Shown piece after piece: positions 1 to 10,840 of a stretch of DNA of 64,000 nucleotides. This DNA is from Candidatus Poribacteria bacterium (GTDB lineage: Bacteria > Poribacteria > WGA-4E > WGA-3G), in contig OZ240248.1 in NCBI GenBank assembly GCA_965198235.1, positions 1-64,000 of the forward strand, written 5' to 3'. The notes beneath the pieces were generated by a model. It did not search any database, was not told the DNA's origin, and saw only the letters and a list, made by a program, of their open reading frames with translations. Numbering within the stretch: position 1 is the stretch's first letter; each line of letters starts with the position of its first letter. The translations under genes and the position numbers were made by a program.

Positions 1-39
1 ACATAGTGGAACGGTGACCAGATTTAATGGCTTAAAAAA

Positions 40-822
40 ATGGAAAACTTAATTACGTTGCCAACAAATTTCGCTGATTACTTGACAATTGAAAACGCCG
101 ATCTCCGTTTCGCTGAGGCGACTGAAGTCGCAGAGCGTGTCATGGGGGCAGGCGTTGAAATCTACGCCAACATGGATCACGCCGCAATTTTCTGTGATCC
201 ACCTCATCTCGTTGCTGATGGTTTGAAACAACTCGGCTATGTCAACGGATGGGATGCGCGGTGTTATCCATCACCTGTTGACGGTTGCGATTATATCAAT
301 GTCTCTGCCCAATTACCGCTGGATTGTCCAGCGCGCGATAACGGATGGTTTGACTACGTTGCTGTCGTGCATCCCGTTGACAGAACAGCACTGCAACACA
401 TGCTCGGGCAGGGATATGGAAATCCGTTTATCCATCACCTGACATGGGGACTTGTGCCACCAGAACGCGCCGTCACCGATGATTTTGAATATGCCAGCCG
501 CGTCGTCCCGTTTATGGTAGAAAGACGAAACGTCATCGGCGACGCAATCGGCGACGCTCCCGGTACGCTGATTATTGCAGTGCCGGATCAGGTCATCGCA
601 CACCCGAACTTTGAAGAGGCGTTACCAGAGTGGCTTGGAGATCTCGACGAGGAGGCGTATCAGGTCGAATCGATGCAGGGGGGTGGTTTCCTGATTCAAT
701 TCTTCGTGCTAACAGGCGGAAGGATTGAGGTTGCGCTCCGCGTGGACACAACACAGACGTTTAACCCGAAAAGCGTCCACAAAATTTCGGAAGATGAAAT
801 CAGTGCCGTGCAAGGAAAATAG
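40..822 (+). CDS. Hypothetical protein, possible VOC/HPPD-like fold
   Basis: 260 aa ORF; motifs DHAA, FIHHLTW, FLIQFF, RIEVALR are ordered like VOC/HPPD-type dioxygenase motifs. Confidence 0.6.
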   Translation: MENLITLPTNFADYLTIENADLRFAEATEVAERVMGAGVEIYANMDHAAIFCDPPHLVADGLKQLGYVNGWDARCYPSPVDGCDYINVSAQLPLDCPARDNGWFDYVAVVHPVDRTALQHMLGQGYGNPFIHHLTWGLVPPERAVTDDFEYASRVVPFMVERRNVIGDAIGDAPGTLIIAVPDQVIAHPNFEEALPEWLGDLDEEAYQVESMQGGGFLIQFFVLTGGRIEVALRVDTTQTFNPKSVHKISEDEISAVQGK

Positions 823-911
823 TTAAGACGTTTGTTTTTTTACAATAGATAAAATTGGACATATAAGAGCGCGGTCTGTTATACTGAATCTTTGGAAGGA
901 GGTCATCTTAA

Positions 912-1517
912 ATGGCGTATAGCAATTTTACCTTAGAGACTGTGCGCCGAGAGTTTCAACTGGAAATCGTTGAATCCGCTGGCATCTTTTCTGAAGCGTC
1001 AACGGTAATGCCACAGGACCGCTTTATGGCAGAGCTAGCGGAAAAAGTAGAGTTAGCCATTTCCAGCGGGACAGAGAAAGCACGCTCGGAACTAATTGTC
1101 ACCGACGTACTGTTTGAACTCCGAAAACACTTCAATCGCCGCATCAGTTTTTTTTCGGGCATTGAGTTCAGCGTTGATACGGAAAGCGGATTAACGGGTG
1201 TCTGTGATTTTTTGGTGAGCCTGTCACCGATACTCTCTTTTTTAGAGGCACCGGTCATCATTCTTGTTGAGGCGAAGCGGGAGAATTTGACGATCGGCTT
1301 TGGTCAGTGTGCCGCTGAGATGCTCGCCGCACAACGCTTTAACAAGGAAAAAGGAAATGCCATCCCCCACATTTATGGGGCTACCACTTCAGGGACAGAG
1401 TGGCGATTTCTCAAATTGGAAGGGATGAGACTTCATATTGATAGAGCAGTCTACCCAATCGCACAATGCGGCAAAATCCTCGGTATCCTCTCAAGTATGG
1501 TAGAACAAAAGGTGTAA
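912..1517 (+). CDS. Putative PD-(D/E)XK nuclease-fold protein (HsdR N-terminal-like), paralog 1
   Basis: GGAGG RBS; E..GVCDF..LVEAK..GQC.AEM motif pattern; paralog immediately downstream. Confidence 0.7.
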   Translation: MAYSNFTLETVRREFQLEIVESAGIFSEASTVMPQDRFMAELAEKVELAISSGTEKARSELIVTDVLFELRKHFNRRISFFSGIEFSVDTESGLTGVCDFLVSLSPILSFLEAPVIILVEAKRENLTIGFGQCAAEMLAAQRFNKEKGNAIPHIYGATTSGTEWRFLKLEGMRLHIDRAVYPIAQCGKILGILSSMVEQKV

Positions 1518-1540
1518 AGCTTTATAGGAGGTTCTAACAA

Positions 1541-2146
1541 ATGGCGTATAGCAATTTTACCTTAGAGACTGTGCGGAAAACGTTTCAGTTGGAGACCGAT
1601 GAAGCAGCAGACATTTCTTCAGGCATAGCGTCTGTAGCACCGAGTGACCATCTCACAACAACATTGTCGCGCAATGTGCCGTTAGTTCTCGCTATAGGCA
1701 CAGAGAAAGCCAGTTCGGAACTGATTGTTGCCGACATTCTTGTTGAACTCCGTGAAAAATTTGAGCATCGGATTAGTCTTTTTTCAGGTATCGATTTTAG
1801 TGTTGATGTGGAAAGCGGTTTGACGGGGGTATGCGATTTCTTGATAAGCCTCTCACCTACCCAATTTCATTTAGAGGTGCCTATTATTGTTCTCGTTGAA
1901 GCAAAGAAAGATAATCCGGTGCTCGGTTTCGGGCAGTGTGTTGCTGAAATGCTCGCCGCACAACGCTTTAATACAGAGAGAGGAAACGATATCCCTTTCA
2001 TTTATGGTGCCGCCACGACAGGTACAGTTTGGCAATTCCTCAAGTTGGGAGGAAATAGTCTGCACATTGATAAGACTGTCTATGCGATTGGGCAGTGCGA
2101 TAAAATACTTGGCATCCTCTCCAGCATGGTAGAACAAAAGGTGTAG
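1541..2146 (+). CDS. Putative PD-(D/E)XK nuclease-fold protein, paralog 2
   Basis: Same length (201 aa) and same N- and C-termini (MAYSNFTLETVR...ILSSMVEQKV) as 912..1517. Confidence 0.7.
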   Translation: MAYSNFTLETVRKTFQLETDEAADISSGIASVAPSDHLTTTLSRNVPLVLAIGTEKASSELIVADILVELREKFEHRISLFSGIDFSVDVESGLTGVCDFLISLSPTQFHLEVPIIVLVEAKKDNPVLGFGQCVAEMLAAQRFNTERGNDIPFIYGAATTGTVWQFLKLGGNSLHIDKTVYAIGQCDKILGILSSMVEQKV

Positions 2147-2207
2147 TCTTTCTGAGGCGACTGTAACCTTGGAAATCTGAAATCACATCTACAGAAAACA
2201 AAATAAT

Positions 2208-2236
2208 TTGCAATTAACATGCAAATGTGGTATAAT
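2208..2236 (+). promoter_or_regulatory. Sigma70 promoter of the pyr operon
   Basis: TTGCAA-N17-TATAAT with TG extended -10. Confidence 0.7.
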
Positions 2237-2268
2237 ATAATAAGAAGCAGAACGTTAGGTGACAAGAA

Positions 2269-2304
2269 CCCTTTTTAATCCAATCCAGAGAGGTTGAAAA
2301 AAGG
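2269..2304 (+). promoter_or_regulatory. PyrR-binding RNA stem-loop (anti-antiterminator)
   Basis: AATCCAGAGAGGTT (2282-2295) fits the PyrR consensus ARUCCNGNGAGGYU, closed by a CCTTTTT/AAAAAGG stem, upstream of pyrR. Confidence 0.85.
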
Positions 2305-2368
2305 ATGCAAAAGCACAATTTGAATTGGAATCATAATTTAGACTGTCCATTGGAATCGGTTGGATGAT

Positions 2369-2410
2369 GCCTTTCCCGTCTCATCAGACGAGAGAGGCTT
2401 TTTCTTTATT
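2369..2410 (+). terminator. Attenuator terminator of the pyr leader
   Basis: GCCTTTCCCGTCT-catc-AGACGAGAGAGGC hairpin followed by TTTTTCTTT. Confidence 0.8.
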
Positions 2411-2447
2411 AAGAAAACGCAAGCGATAAACTGATACGGGACAAAAA

Positions 2448-3017
2448 ATGCCAATAACAGTTTCCACGGGGCGTGAAAAAGCACAAGTAATGAACACCGA
2501 AGAAATGCGCCGCGCCTTACTCAGGATCGCCCACGAGATTTTAGAGCACAATCATAAACACATCGACGATCTCGTACTCGTCGGTGTTAAAAGTCGAGGT
2601 GATATCCTGGCACATCGCATTGCCGAAAACCTTGAACGGATCGAAAACGTTGAGATTGATGTTGGTGCGATTGATGTCACCCTCTACCGTGATGATATCA
2701 ATCTCCATGAGACGCAAATCCAAGTCAACAGCACCGAACTTCCCTTTGACATTACCGGGAAATGGGTCATTTTAGTGGATGAGGTACTCTACACTGGACG
2801 TACCGTTCGGGCTGCAATGGACGCGCTCATGGATTTCGGTCGTCCAGCTGCAATCCAATTGGCGACTCTGATCGATAGGGGACACCGCGAATTGCCAATT
2901 GCCTCCGATTATGTCGGTAAAAATGTACCCACCTCCCGCAAAGAGTTCGTCAGAGTGCAGCTCGCCGAAGAGAGCGGAGTAGATTCGGCGGTGATTTATG
3001 AAAGGGACGAAGAATGA
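2448..3017 (+). CDS. pyrR: Bifunctional pyr operon regulator / uracil phosphoribosyltransferase PyrR
   Basis: [28 protein letters not shown] motifs. Confidence 0.97.
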   Translation: MPITVSTGREKAQVMNTEEMRRALLRIAHEILEHNHKHIDDLVLVGVKSRGDILAHRIAENLERIENVEIDVGAIDVTLYRDDINLHETQIQVNSTELPFDITGKWVILVDEVLYTGRTVRAAMDALMDFGRPAAIQLATLIDRGHRELPIASDYVGKNVPTSRKEFVRVQLAEESGVDSAVIYERDEE

Positions 3018-4324
3018 GCGACGCGTTTATCACTAACGGGCGTATCATCGATCCTGCTAATAACATTGATGAAGTTGGCGACCTTTCTATCGCCAACGGC
3101 AAAATTGCTTCGGTCGGTGGTGTGGAAAGACGATCCGAATCCCAGAACGCCGAGTTCCATGACGCAACGGGGCTGATTGTTGCCCCGGGATTAATCGATA
3201 TGCATGTCCATCTTCGTGAACCCGGCTTTGAGCATAAAGAAACGATTGCCACTGGTACGGCGGCAGCAGCAGCGGGTGGATTCACGTCGGTTGCTTGTAT
3301 GGCAAATACGTCCCCTGTGATAGATACGCCCGAAAAGATTGAGCAGATTTACGACATAGCGCGAGAGAGCGCGGAGACAAACGTATTCCCTTTCGGAAGT
3401 ATCACCAAAAATCTTGCGGGGGATGAGCTTACGGATATGCGGGGAATGCGTTCCGCTGGTGCCGTCGGCTTTAGTGATGATGGTGTGACTGTCATGAATG
3501 CCGCCCTCATGCGCGATGCACTCGCCTTGAGCGCGGAACTCGGTTTTCCAATTATGGTTCACTGTGAAGAGCACAATCTCAACGCAGGAGCTGTCATAAA
3601 TTTAGGGGAAACGTCCCGAAAATTGGGACTTATCGGAAGCCCAAACGCTGCCGAGGACATCATCGTCGCACGCGACATCATGTTAGCAAAGATGACAGGT
3701 GGACATCTTCATGTTCTCCATGTCAGCACCGCAGGTGCAGTTGAGTTGATACGTCAAGGAAAACGCCGAGGGGTCCATGTGACTGCCGAGGCATGTCCAC
3801 ATCACTGGATCCTCACTGACAAGGAAATAGAAAAACAGGGGACGAACGCCAAGATGCATCCACCATTGCGCACACAGACCGATATTGACGCTGTTATTGA
3901 AGGTTTGCGCGATGGCACAATTGACGCAATCGCGACTGACCACGCGCCGCACGCACCACAAGAAAAGGCACAAGGCATGCTTGAGGCACCAAATGGAATT
4001 ATCGGCTTGGAGACCTGTGTACCGCTTGTATTTACATCCCTCGTCGAACCGGGGCACCTCACAGTGGTGGAGGCAATTGCGAAAATGACGGCTATTCCAG
4101 CAGATATACTCGGTATTAATCGTGGAACACTTGCTATTGGCGCAGTTGGAGATGTGACAGCAATTAATCTGGACTTAGTTAATCAGGTTGACGTGACAAA
4201 ATCTCGTTCAAAAAGTCAAAACACTCCTTTCGGAGGTTGGAAACTTAAGGGGTGGCAGGCTATTACACTTCGGGAGGGCAGCAGAATAGGAGTGAGCCCC
4301 AACTCGCGACAAAAAAGCGCGTAG
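3014..4324 (+). CDS. pyrC: Dihydroorotase (class I)
   Basis: [26 protein letters not shown] metal/catalytic motifs intact. Confidence 0.95.
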   Translation: MSDAFITNGRIIDPANNIDEVGDLSIANGKIASVGGVERRSESQNAEFHDATGLIVAPGLIDMHVHLREPGFEHKETIATGTAAAAAGGFTSVACMANTSPVIDTPEKIEQIYDIARESAETNVFPFGSITKNLAGDELTDMRGMRSAGAVGFSDDGVTVMNAALMRDALALSAELGFPIMVHCEEHNLNAGAVINLGETSRKLGLIGSPNAAEDIIVARDIMLAKMTGGHLHVLHVSTAGAVELIRQGKRRGVHVTAEACPHHWILTDKEIEKQGTNAKMHPPLRTQTDIDAVIEGLRDGTIDAIATDHAPHAPQEKAQGMLEAPNGIIGLETCVPLVFTSLVEPGHLTVVEAIAKMTAIPADILGINRGTLAIGAVGDVTAINLDLVNQVDVTKSRSKSQNTPFGGWKLKGWQAITLREGSRIGVSPNSRQKSA

Positions 4325-4409
4325 CCTGCAACAACGGCGCAGGCGGATATACGGAGAGGACCGTTCCTCATGCAACCCGCCTGAACGAACCGCAAGGAAA
4401 ATTAAAAAA

Positions 4410-5606
4410 ATGAAAGCGATTCTCGCATTAGCGGACGGGACAGTCTTTGAAGGCGAGCAGTTTGGCGCGACGGGCGAAACTCTCGGCGAAGTCGTCTTTA
4501 ATACCAGTATGACGGGCTATCAGGAAGTTTTGACCGATCCCTCCTACAAAGGACAGATCGTGACAATGACATATCCGTTGATAGGCAATTACGGTTGTAA
4601 CGAAGCAGACGTAGAGTCTGTCGGTCCGCAGGTGGAAGGGTTTGTTGTTCGTGAATACAGTGCATACTATAGCAATTGGCGTTCAAAATGGAGCTTGGAT
4701 TCTTACCTTGCTGAGCATGATATTATTGGCATCCAAGGCATTGATACTCGCGCACTCACCCGCCGTCTCCGTGTACATGGCGTGATGAACGGATGCCTCT
4801 CTACAGAGGATCTGAATCCTGAGAGTCTTGTCACGAAAGCCAAGGCGTGGCACGGCTTGGTAGGTTGGGACTTGGTGCAACGGGTAACGTGTCCGAGTTC
4901 GTATGCCTGGCAACAACAAGATAGCGGTCAGCAGTCGGCAGTCAGCAGTCGGAAACCAGAGCTGTCTGTGGCGGAAAGTCATATGCAACCGCCACACGCC
5001 GATAGCCAAACAGTTCTCACTGCGAAGCAAGCCGATAGCCACATTGCCAAATATCGCGTCGTCGCCCTTGATTTCGGCATCAAATATAACATTTTGCGCC
5101 AACTGACTGAGCACGGTTGCGAGGTACAAGTCGTACCAGCGAGAACATCTGCTGAAGAGATTCTCGCCGCGGAACCGGATGGTGTGTTTCTCTCAAATGG
5201 TCCGGGTGATCCTATGCCGGTTGACTATGCAACCCAAACTATCCGAAGCCTAATAGGCAAAAAGCCGCTTTTCGGCATCTGTTTGGGACATCAGCTTTTG
5301 GGACTTGCACTTGGTGGGAAAACATTTAAACTGAAATTTGGGCACCGTGGTGTCAACCAACCCGTCAAACATCTTGAGACCGACCGAGTCGAAATTACCT
5401 CACAAAATCATGGGTTCTGCGTTGATATTGATTCACTACCGAATAGTGTTGACGTTACACACGTCAATCTGAACGATGACACACTTGAAGGGATACAGCA
5501 TCGAGAGTATCCCATTTTTTCTGTGCAGTATCACCCAGAAGCATCGCCGGGTCCGCACGATGCAAGTTATCTCTTCTCGCGTTTTACAGAGATAATGGAT
5601 TTTTAA
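4410..5606 (+). CDS. carA: Carbamoyl-phosphate synthase small subunit
   Basis: [33 protein letters not shown]; enlarged interdomain linker. Confidence 0.97.
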   Translation: MKAILALADGTVFEGEQFGATGETLGEVVFNTSMTGYQEVLTDPSYKGQIVTMTYPLIGNYGCNEADVESVGPQVEGFVVREYSAYYSNWRSKWSLDSYLAEHDIIGIQGIDTRALTRRLRVHGVMNGCLSTEDLNPESLVTKAKAWHGLVGWDLVQRVTCPSSYAWQQQDSGQQSAVSSRKPELSVAESHMQPPHADSQTVLTAKQADSHIAKYRVVALDFGIKYNILRQLTEHGCEVQVVPARTSAEEILAAEPDGVFLSNGPGDPMPVDYATQTIRSLIGKKPLFGICLGHQLLGLALGGKTFKLKFGHRGVNQPVKHLETDRVEITSQNHGFCVDIDSLPNSVDVTHVNLNDDTLEGIQHREYPIFSVQYHPEASPGPHDASYLFSRFTEIMDF

Positions 5607-5616
5607 CTATGGGCCT

Positions 5617-5735
5617 CTTGGGTAAAGAAACACCCAAGCAATACGCAGGGAAATCCGCAGAAATGCCCTATCAATACGCAGGGAAACACCCTATCAAAAA
5701 CCCCAAGCAAAAACACCCCTATCAAAAACACCCCT
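5617..5735. repeat. Modular short-word repeat cluster (CCCAAGCAA / GAAATCCGCAG / CCCTATCAA)
   Basis: Same words recur at 30379-30439, 36215-36312 and (reverse strand) 63521-63560. Confidence 0.8.
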
Positions 5736-5885
5736 CCACTTCGCTTCGGGCAGGTTTCTGGTGAAGTTGCAGCTGGGTTGGGCTCGCTGATGCCTTTCAT
5801 AGTAAAGACAGTTGGAATTAACCGAAAACCACCGCGAAACGGAGTGGAGCGGTGACCAGCGTTAATAATTAAAAAAGTTAAAAAA

Positions 5886-8800
5886 ATGCCAAAACGAACA
5901 GACATAAAAAAAATCTTAATTATCGGATCCGGTGCCATTATCATCGGACAGGCGTGTGAGTTTGATTACTCCGGAACGCAGGCGTGTAAGGCACTCAAAG
6001 AGGAAGGGTATGAAATTACCCTTGTCAATAGCAACCCTGCTACCATCATGACAGATCCGGATTTCGCCGATCAGACCTACATTGAGCCGATTACAGCGGA
6101 CACAGTGGCACTTATAATTGCCAAAGAATGTCCGCAGGCATTGCTGCCGACACTCGGTGGACAAACCGCTTTGAACGTGTCTGTTGAACTCGCAGAATCT
6201 GGTGTGTTAGAGAAATATGGGGTTGAGCTCATTGGAGCGAAATTGCCTGCTATCCAAAAGGCAGAGGACCGTGCGCTCTTCAAAGAGGCAATGGTAAAAA
6301 TCGGATTGGCAGTCCCGCGGAGTGGTATTGCCCACTCGGTCCAAGAGGCACTCGCGCTCGTTCACGAGATCGGCTTCCCTGCGATCATCCGTCCTGCGTT
6401 TACGCTTGGTGGCACAGGTGGTGGTATCGCTTACAACGTCGAAGAATACGAAAAAATGGTCACGTCGGGGCTTGCACTGAGTCCAATCAATGAACTGCTC
6501 ATTGAAGAGTCTGTCATCGGGTGGAAGGAATTCGAGTTGGAAGTCATGCGCGATGGTGCGGACAACGTCGTCATAATATGCTCCATCGAAAATGTTGATG
6601 CTATGGGAGTCCACACCGGCGATAGTATTACAGTCGCACCTATCCAAACGTTGACGGATAAGGAATATCAACTGATGCGGGATTCAGCGATTAAGATTAT
6701 TCGTGAGATTGGTGTGGATACAGGCGGTTCCAATATCCAATTTGCTGTTGATCCAAAGACTGGCAAACAGGTCGTCATTGAGATGAACCCCCGCGTTTCC
6801 CGGAGTTCCGCACTTGCGTCGAAAGCGACTGGGTTTCCAATTGCGAAAATCGCAGCGAAACTCGCTGTCGGCTATAATTTAGATGAGATTCCCAACGACA
6901 TTACTGCTGAGACACCCGCCTGCTTTGAGCCGACCATTGATTACGTGGTCGTTAAGATTCCGAGATGGGCTTTTGAAAAGTTCCAAGGGACCGATGAGAC
7001 ACTCACAACGCAGATGAAGTCTGTCGGCGAGGCAATGGCTATCGGAAGAACCTTTAAAGAAGCGTTACAAAAAGGATTGCGCTCGTTGGAGACCGGATGG
7101 CACGGTTTAGATAACCATCCACTTGATGAACTACCGCTATCTGAATTGCCAAGTAAACTAAGTGTACCGAACGTCAAACGAATCTTTTACATTAAAGCTG
7201 CACTCGCACGCGGGATGAGTATTGAGGAAATTTACGCTTACACACACATCGACCCATTTTTCCTCTACAATATAAAGGAAATCGTTGATTTTGAAAACGT
7301 TCTGTCCGAACCTGATACCCGACACTATATAGATCAACATTTACAAAAGCCTGAAACAAATGGAGAGTTCACGAAAAAACTTCTGCAACAAGCAAAACAG
7401 TTTGGGTTTTCGGATCGGCAGTTGGGGGATATCTACGATGTCTCTGAAGAAACCATCCGCGAATGTCGGAAGGGACTCGGCGTTAACGCAACTTTCAAAA
7501 CTGTTGACACTTGTGCTGCGGAGTTTGAAGCAGAAACGCCTTACTATTATTCAACCTGTTCGAGTGAAGATGAGGTGCGTCCGTCTGATAAACCGAAAAT
7601 CATGATACTTGGTGGCGGTCCAAACCGTATTGGGCAGGGGATCGAATTCGACTACTGTTGTGTCCATGCCGCCCTCGCACTCAAAACTGATGGTTATGAA
7701 ACCATCATGGTAAACAGCAATCCAGAGACCGTTAGTACCGATTATGACACATCCGATCGACTCTACTTTGAGCCGTTGACCTATGAAGATGTTCTAAATA
7801 TTTATCAAAAAGAAAAGCCATCTGGTGTCATTGTTCAGTTTGGCGGGCAGACCCCGCTGAACCTCGCGATCGCACTCAAAGATGCAGGTGTTCCGATTAT
7901 CGGCACGAGTCCTGAGGATATAGCCCGTTCCGAGGACCGGCGTCTTTTCAAAGCGGTTTTAGACGACATCGGGTTAATGCAACCGCCTAACGGAACTGCA
8001 ACATCGAGTGAGGAGGCTGCCCCTATTGCTGCGGCACTCGGCTACCCCGTTATCGTTCGTCCGTCGTATGTTTTAGGCGGACGTGCCATGCAGATCGTTT
8101 ACGATGAAGAACTCCTGCACGAATACATGCACTCCGCTGTTCAAGCTTCACCTGAACATCCTGTACTCATTGATAAATACCTTGAAGAAGCGATTGAAGT
8201 GGATGTTGATGCAATATCCGATGGAAACCTTACCGTTATCGGTGGCATCATGGAGCATATTGAGGAAGCTGGCATCCATTCAGGGGACAGTGACTGCGTG
8301 TTACCACCTTATACGCTCGTGGATGAACAGATTGAGAATCTCAAAACCTTTACCTATGCCTTGGCGAAAACACTGCATGTATGTGGCTTGATGAATGTCC
8401 AATACGCGATAAAGAACGATGAGATTTATGTGCTTGAGGTGAATCCGCGGGCATCCAGAACCATTCCATTTGTTAGTAAAGCCATTGGTGTGCCATTAGC
8501 AAAACTCGCGGCACGTGCGATGGCTGGCAAGACCCTCGCTGAGCTTGGATTTACGAACGAAATTGAACCTGCACATTTCAGCGTCAAGGCTCCGGTATTT
8601 CCTTTTAACCGCTTCCCCGGTTCAAATACGCGCTTGGGTCCTGAGATGAAATCGACTGGGGAGGTCATGGGAATTGATACTGATGTTTCCCGCGCCTTTG
8701 CCAAGGCACAAAAGGCGTGTGGTTATACTTTACCGATCGGCGGTAAGGTCTTCATCAGTGTCAGAAATAAAGACAAGCGTGCCATTATCTTCATCGCCAA

Positions 8801-9143
8801 GAAACTTACCGACATGGGTTTTGAGCTTATCGCTACGCACGGAACCGCAAAGGTACTACTTCGCAACGGAATGGAGTCAGAGCTGGTTTTCAGTATCGGT
8901 AAAGGAAGACCGACGATTCATGATTACATCAAAAATCATGCCGTGGATTTAATTATCAACACACCGACCGGTGATTTACATCGTCCTAATGAACTTCTAA
9001 TTCGCGAAATGGCGATAGCACATGATATCCCGATCTTCTCAACCATACCCGGTGCGGCTGCGGCTGTTAACGCTATTGACGCGTTGCAGCGAGGAGATAT
9101 TACAGTCACGCCACTCCAAGATTATTTTCAAATACTTCAGTAG
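5886..9143 (+). CDS. carB: Carbamoyl-phosphate synthase large subunit
   Basis: [16 protein letters not shown] start, two ATP-grasp halves, C-terminal MGS domain, 1085 aa. Confidence 0.98.
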   Translation: MPKRTDIKKILIIGSGAIIIGQACEFDYSGTQACKALKEEGYEITLVNSNPATIMTDPDFADQTYIEPITADTVALIIAKECPQALLPTLGGQTALNVSVELAESGVLEKYGVELIGAKLPAIQKAEDRALFKEAMVKIGLAVPRSGIAHSVQEALALVHEIGFPAIIRPAFTLGGTGGGIAYNVEEYEKMVTSGLALSPINELLIEESVIGWKEFELEVMRDGADNVVIICSIENVDAMGVHTGDSITVAPIQTLTDKEYQLMRDSAIKIIREIGVDTGGSNIQFAVDPKTGKQVVIEMNPRVSRSSALASKATGFPIAKIAAKLAVGYNLDEIPNDITAETPACFEPTIDYVVVKIPRWAFEKFQGTDETLTTQMKSVGEAMAIGRTFKEALQKGLRSLETGWHGLDNHPLDELPLSELPSKLSVPNVKRIFYIKAALARGMSIEEIYAYTHIDPFFLYNIKEIVDFENVLSEPDTRHYIDQHLQKPETNGEFTKKLLQQAKQFGFSDRQLGDIYDVSEETIRECRKGLGVNATFKTVDTCAAEFEAETPYYYSTCSSEDEVRPSDKPKIMILGGGPNRIGQGIEFDYCCVHAALALKTDGYETIMVNSNPETVSTDYDTSDRLYFEPLTYEDVLNIYQKEKPSGVIVQFGGQTPLNLAIALKDAGVPIIGTSPEDIARSEDRRLFKAVLDDIGLMQPPNGTATSSEEAAPIAAALGYPVIVRPSYVLGGRAMQIVYDEELLHEYMHSAVQASPEHPVLIDKYLEEAIEVDVDAISDGNLTVIGGIMEHIEEAGIHSGDSDCVLPPYTLVDEQIENLKTFTYALAKTLHVCGLMNVQYAIKNDEIYVLEVNPRASRTIPFVSKAIGVPLAKLAARAMAGKTLAELGFTNEIEPAHFSVKAPVFPFNRFPGSNTRLGPEMKSTGEVMGIDTDVSRAFAKAQKACGYTLPIGGKVFISVRNKDKRAIIFIAKKLTDMGFELIATHGTAKVLLRNGMESELVFSIGKGRPTIHDYIKNHAVDLIINTPTGDLHRPNELLIREMAIAHDIPIFSTIPGAAAAVNAIDALQRGDITVTPLQDYFQILQ

Positions 9144-9204
9144 TTTTTTGTCTGATGGAAGTCAGTCCTTTGTACCAAAGACAAAAATCAAAAAGGATAT
9201 ATAA

Positions 9205-9972
9205 ATGGCGAATGATTCTATACAAAGAAACACCCGGTGGGTTCAGACCTTCGATCGAATACTTGAGTTGCTAAACCTTGATGCGGAACGTCCTGTGAGT
9301 GTTCTGCAAATTGAAGATGGTAGGGAAGTCGTCGTTGTACAACCCAATGCCTTCACTATCTCGCGCATTTACGCGACCGGTCGACCCGATGGTATGCGTC
9401 CACACGGTGTAGATTCCTATTACGATTACTTCTTCGCAAGGTTGCGAGAGTACGAAGAACAGCATGGAACCCGTGAGGGGTTTCAATTGGAGTCGGAGGA
9501 ATGGGAAACCCTTTTTGAGGAATCTTTTCATCGTTATACCCGTTACCTTCTATTTGCAGGTATCAAACGGTGGGAAGATGTTCAGCACGATACTGCTACT
9601 AATCTGGCAGTAACAAATTTGGCACGCGAATGTGCGCCATCCGAAATCGCTTGGCGGAGTTACCAATATAAGGGTTATATGCTCATGATGCACAGCATCG
9701 CCAAAGCAGAATTGAGTCTGCAAGAGGATGATACAGCAGCAGCATTGCAACAGATTGATACTGGGATTCAACAGATTGGGGAGTTCTGCGGCGAATGTTT
9801 ACGCGAGGAACACGGTGAAGCAGAAAATATTACTCGTGAACGCTATCTCAGCAACCTCATAGAATTTCGATCTGATTTGGAGGCACTCGATACAGACACG
9901 ACCGAGGCGGAGAGCGACGAAGAAGATATTTTGGCAGAGTTGGAAAGATTGCTAAATGAAGACGAGGAATAG
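9205..9972 (+). CDS. Hypothetical helical protein with GRPDGxRPHG motif
   Basis: 255 aa ORF with AAGGA RBS; acidic C-terminus. Confidence 0.7.
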   Translation: MANDSIQRNTRWVQTFDRILELLNLDAERPVSVLQIEDGREVVVVQPNAFTISRIYATGRPDGMRPHGVDSYYDYFFARLREYEEQHGTREGFQLESEEWETLFEESFHRYTRYLLFAGIKRWEDVQHDTATNLAVTNLARECAPSEIAWRSYQYKGYMLMMHSIAKAELSLQEDDTAAALQQIDTGIQQIGEFCGECLREEHGEAENITRERYLSNLIEFRSDLEALDTDTTEAESDEEDILAELERLLNEDEE

Positions 9973-10029
9973 GGTCAGGTTCTATTAGAACTTTTATTCT
10001 ATAGTGGCTGTTGCTTTAACTATCGTTCA

Positions 10030-10677
10030 CTATCTCTCGTCTTCATGTGGTGCTTGTATCAGGATACCTCCAAAGAATAGGAACGCGATGCCTCGGATGA
10101 GCACATGTAATTGTATCCCGAAGTCTAAAAGAACGCCTACTGGAAAGGCAATCACTGCAACAAAGAACAGATAACCAGCAACTTGATTTCCCCACGAGTG
10201 GAGCGCGGAACCGTAGCAAATTGCGAGAAGCGCACAGAGGAAGGCACCAGTCATGAAGAGGGCTTCGCCCCACTCTGCCCACAGTGCGTAGAGTGACGTG
10301 CCAATTGCAGCGGTCGTTGATTCACCCGCAAGTTCGGATAGCGAGTTTAACGGAGCAGTTTGTGAGCAATGGGCTATCAATTCTATGATAAGCCAAGGGA
10401 TGGCGAAACTTGCTCCCAAAGTACTTCGTGAGCCGGCATCTGAAGAGAGTAAACCATACCCGGCTAATAGAGTTGGCAGAAGTAAAATGGTCGAAACGAC
10501 CCCTATTCCGTGATAAACCCCGATTTTTCCTATGAGTTCAAACTGTTCTTCTGATGGGAGTGAAGAAATAGTCGATAAACCAAAAATAAACCAAATACTT
10601 GACGCAAGCATGAGAAAGCCACTCAAGCTGCCTGTGAGCCCACCGAGTCTATACAGTGAGCTGAGCTTTTTGTCCAT
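10030..10677 (-). CDS. Hypothetical integral membrane protein
   Basis: About 6 hydrophobic segments; GGAGG RBS. Confidence 0.75.
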   Translation of the reverse strand: MDKKLSSLYRLGGLTGSLSGFLMLASSIWFIFGLSTISSLPSEEQFELIGKIGVYHGIGVVSTILLLPTLLAGYGLLSSDAGSRSTLGASFAIPWLIIELIAHCSQTAPLNSLSELAGESTTAAIGTSLYALWAEWGEALFMTGAFLCALLAICYGSALHSWGNQVAGYLFFVAVIAFPVGVLLDFGIQLHVLIRGIAFLFFGGILIQAPHEDER

Positions 10678-10840
10678 TCATTCCTCCGAAAAAGTGCAAA
10701 TAAAATTCTTCGTATCAGATATTATAATTCTATTGTATATTATGATTTTATAGTTTACATGAATTCGCAATTTTAAACAAATATTTTTTTAATAAAATGC
10801 CTTGAGCGGAAAATCTGGGATTTTGGAAGGTGCTCCGAGT

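Noticed and set aside
4322-4400. Second PyrR site between pyrC and carA
   Set aside because: GGAGAGG is present but the ARUCC half and a terminator are missing; more likely a repeat hairpin.
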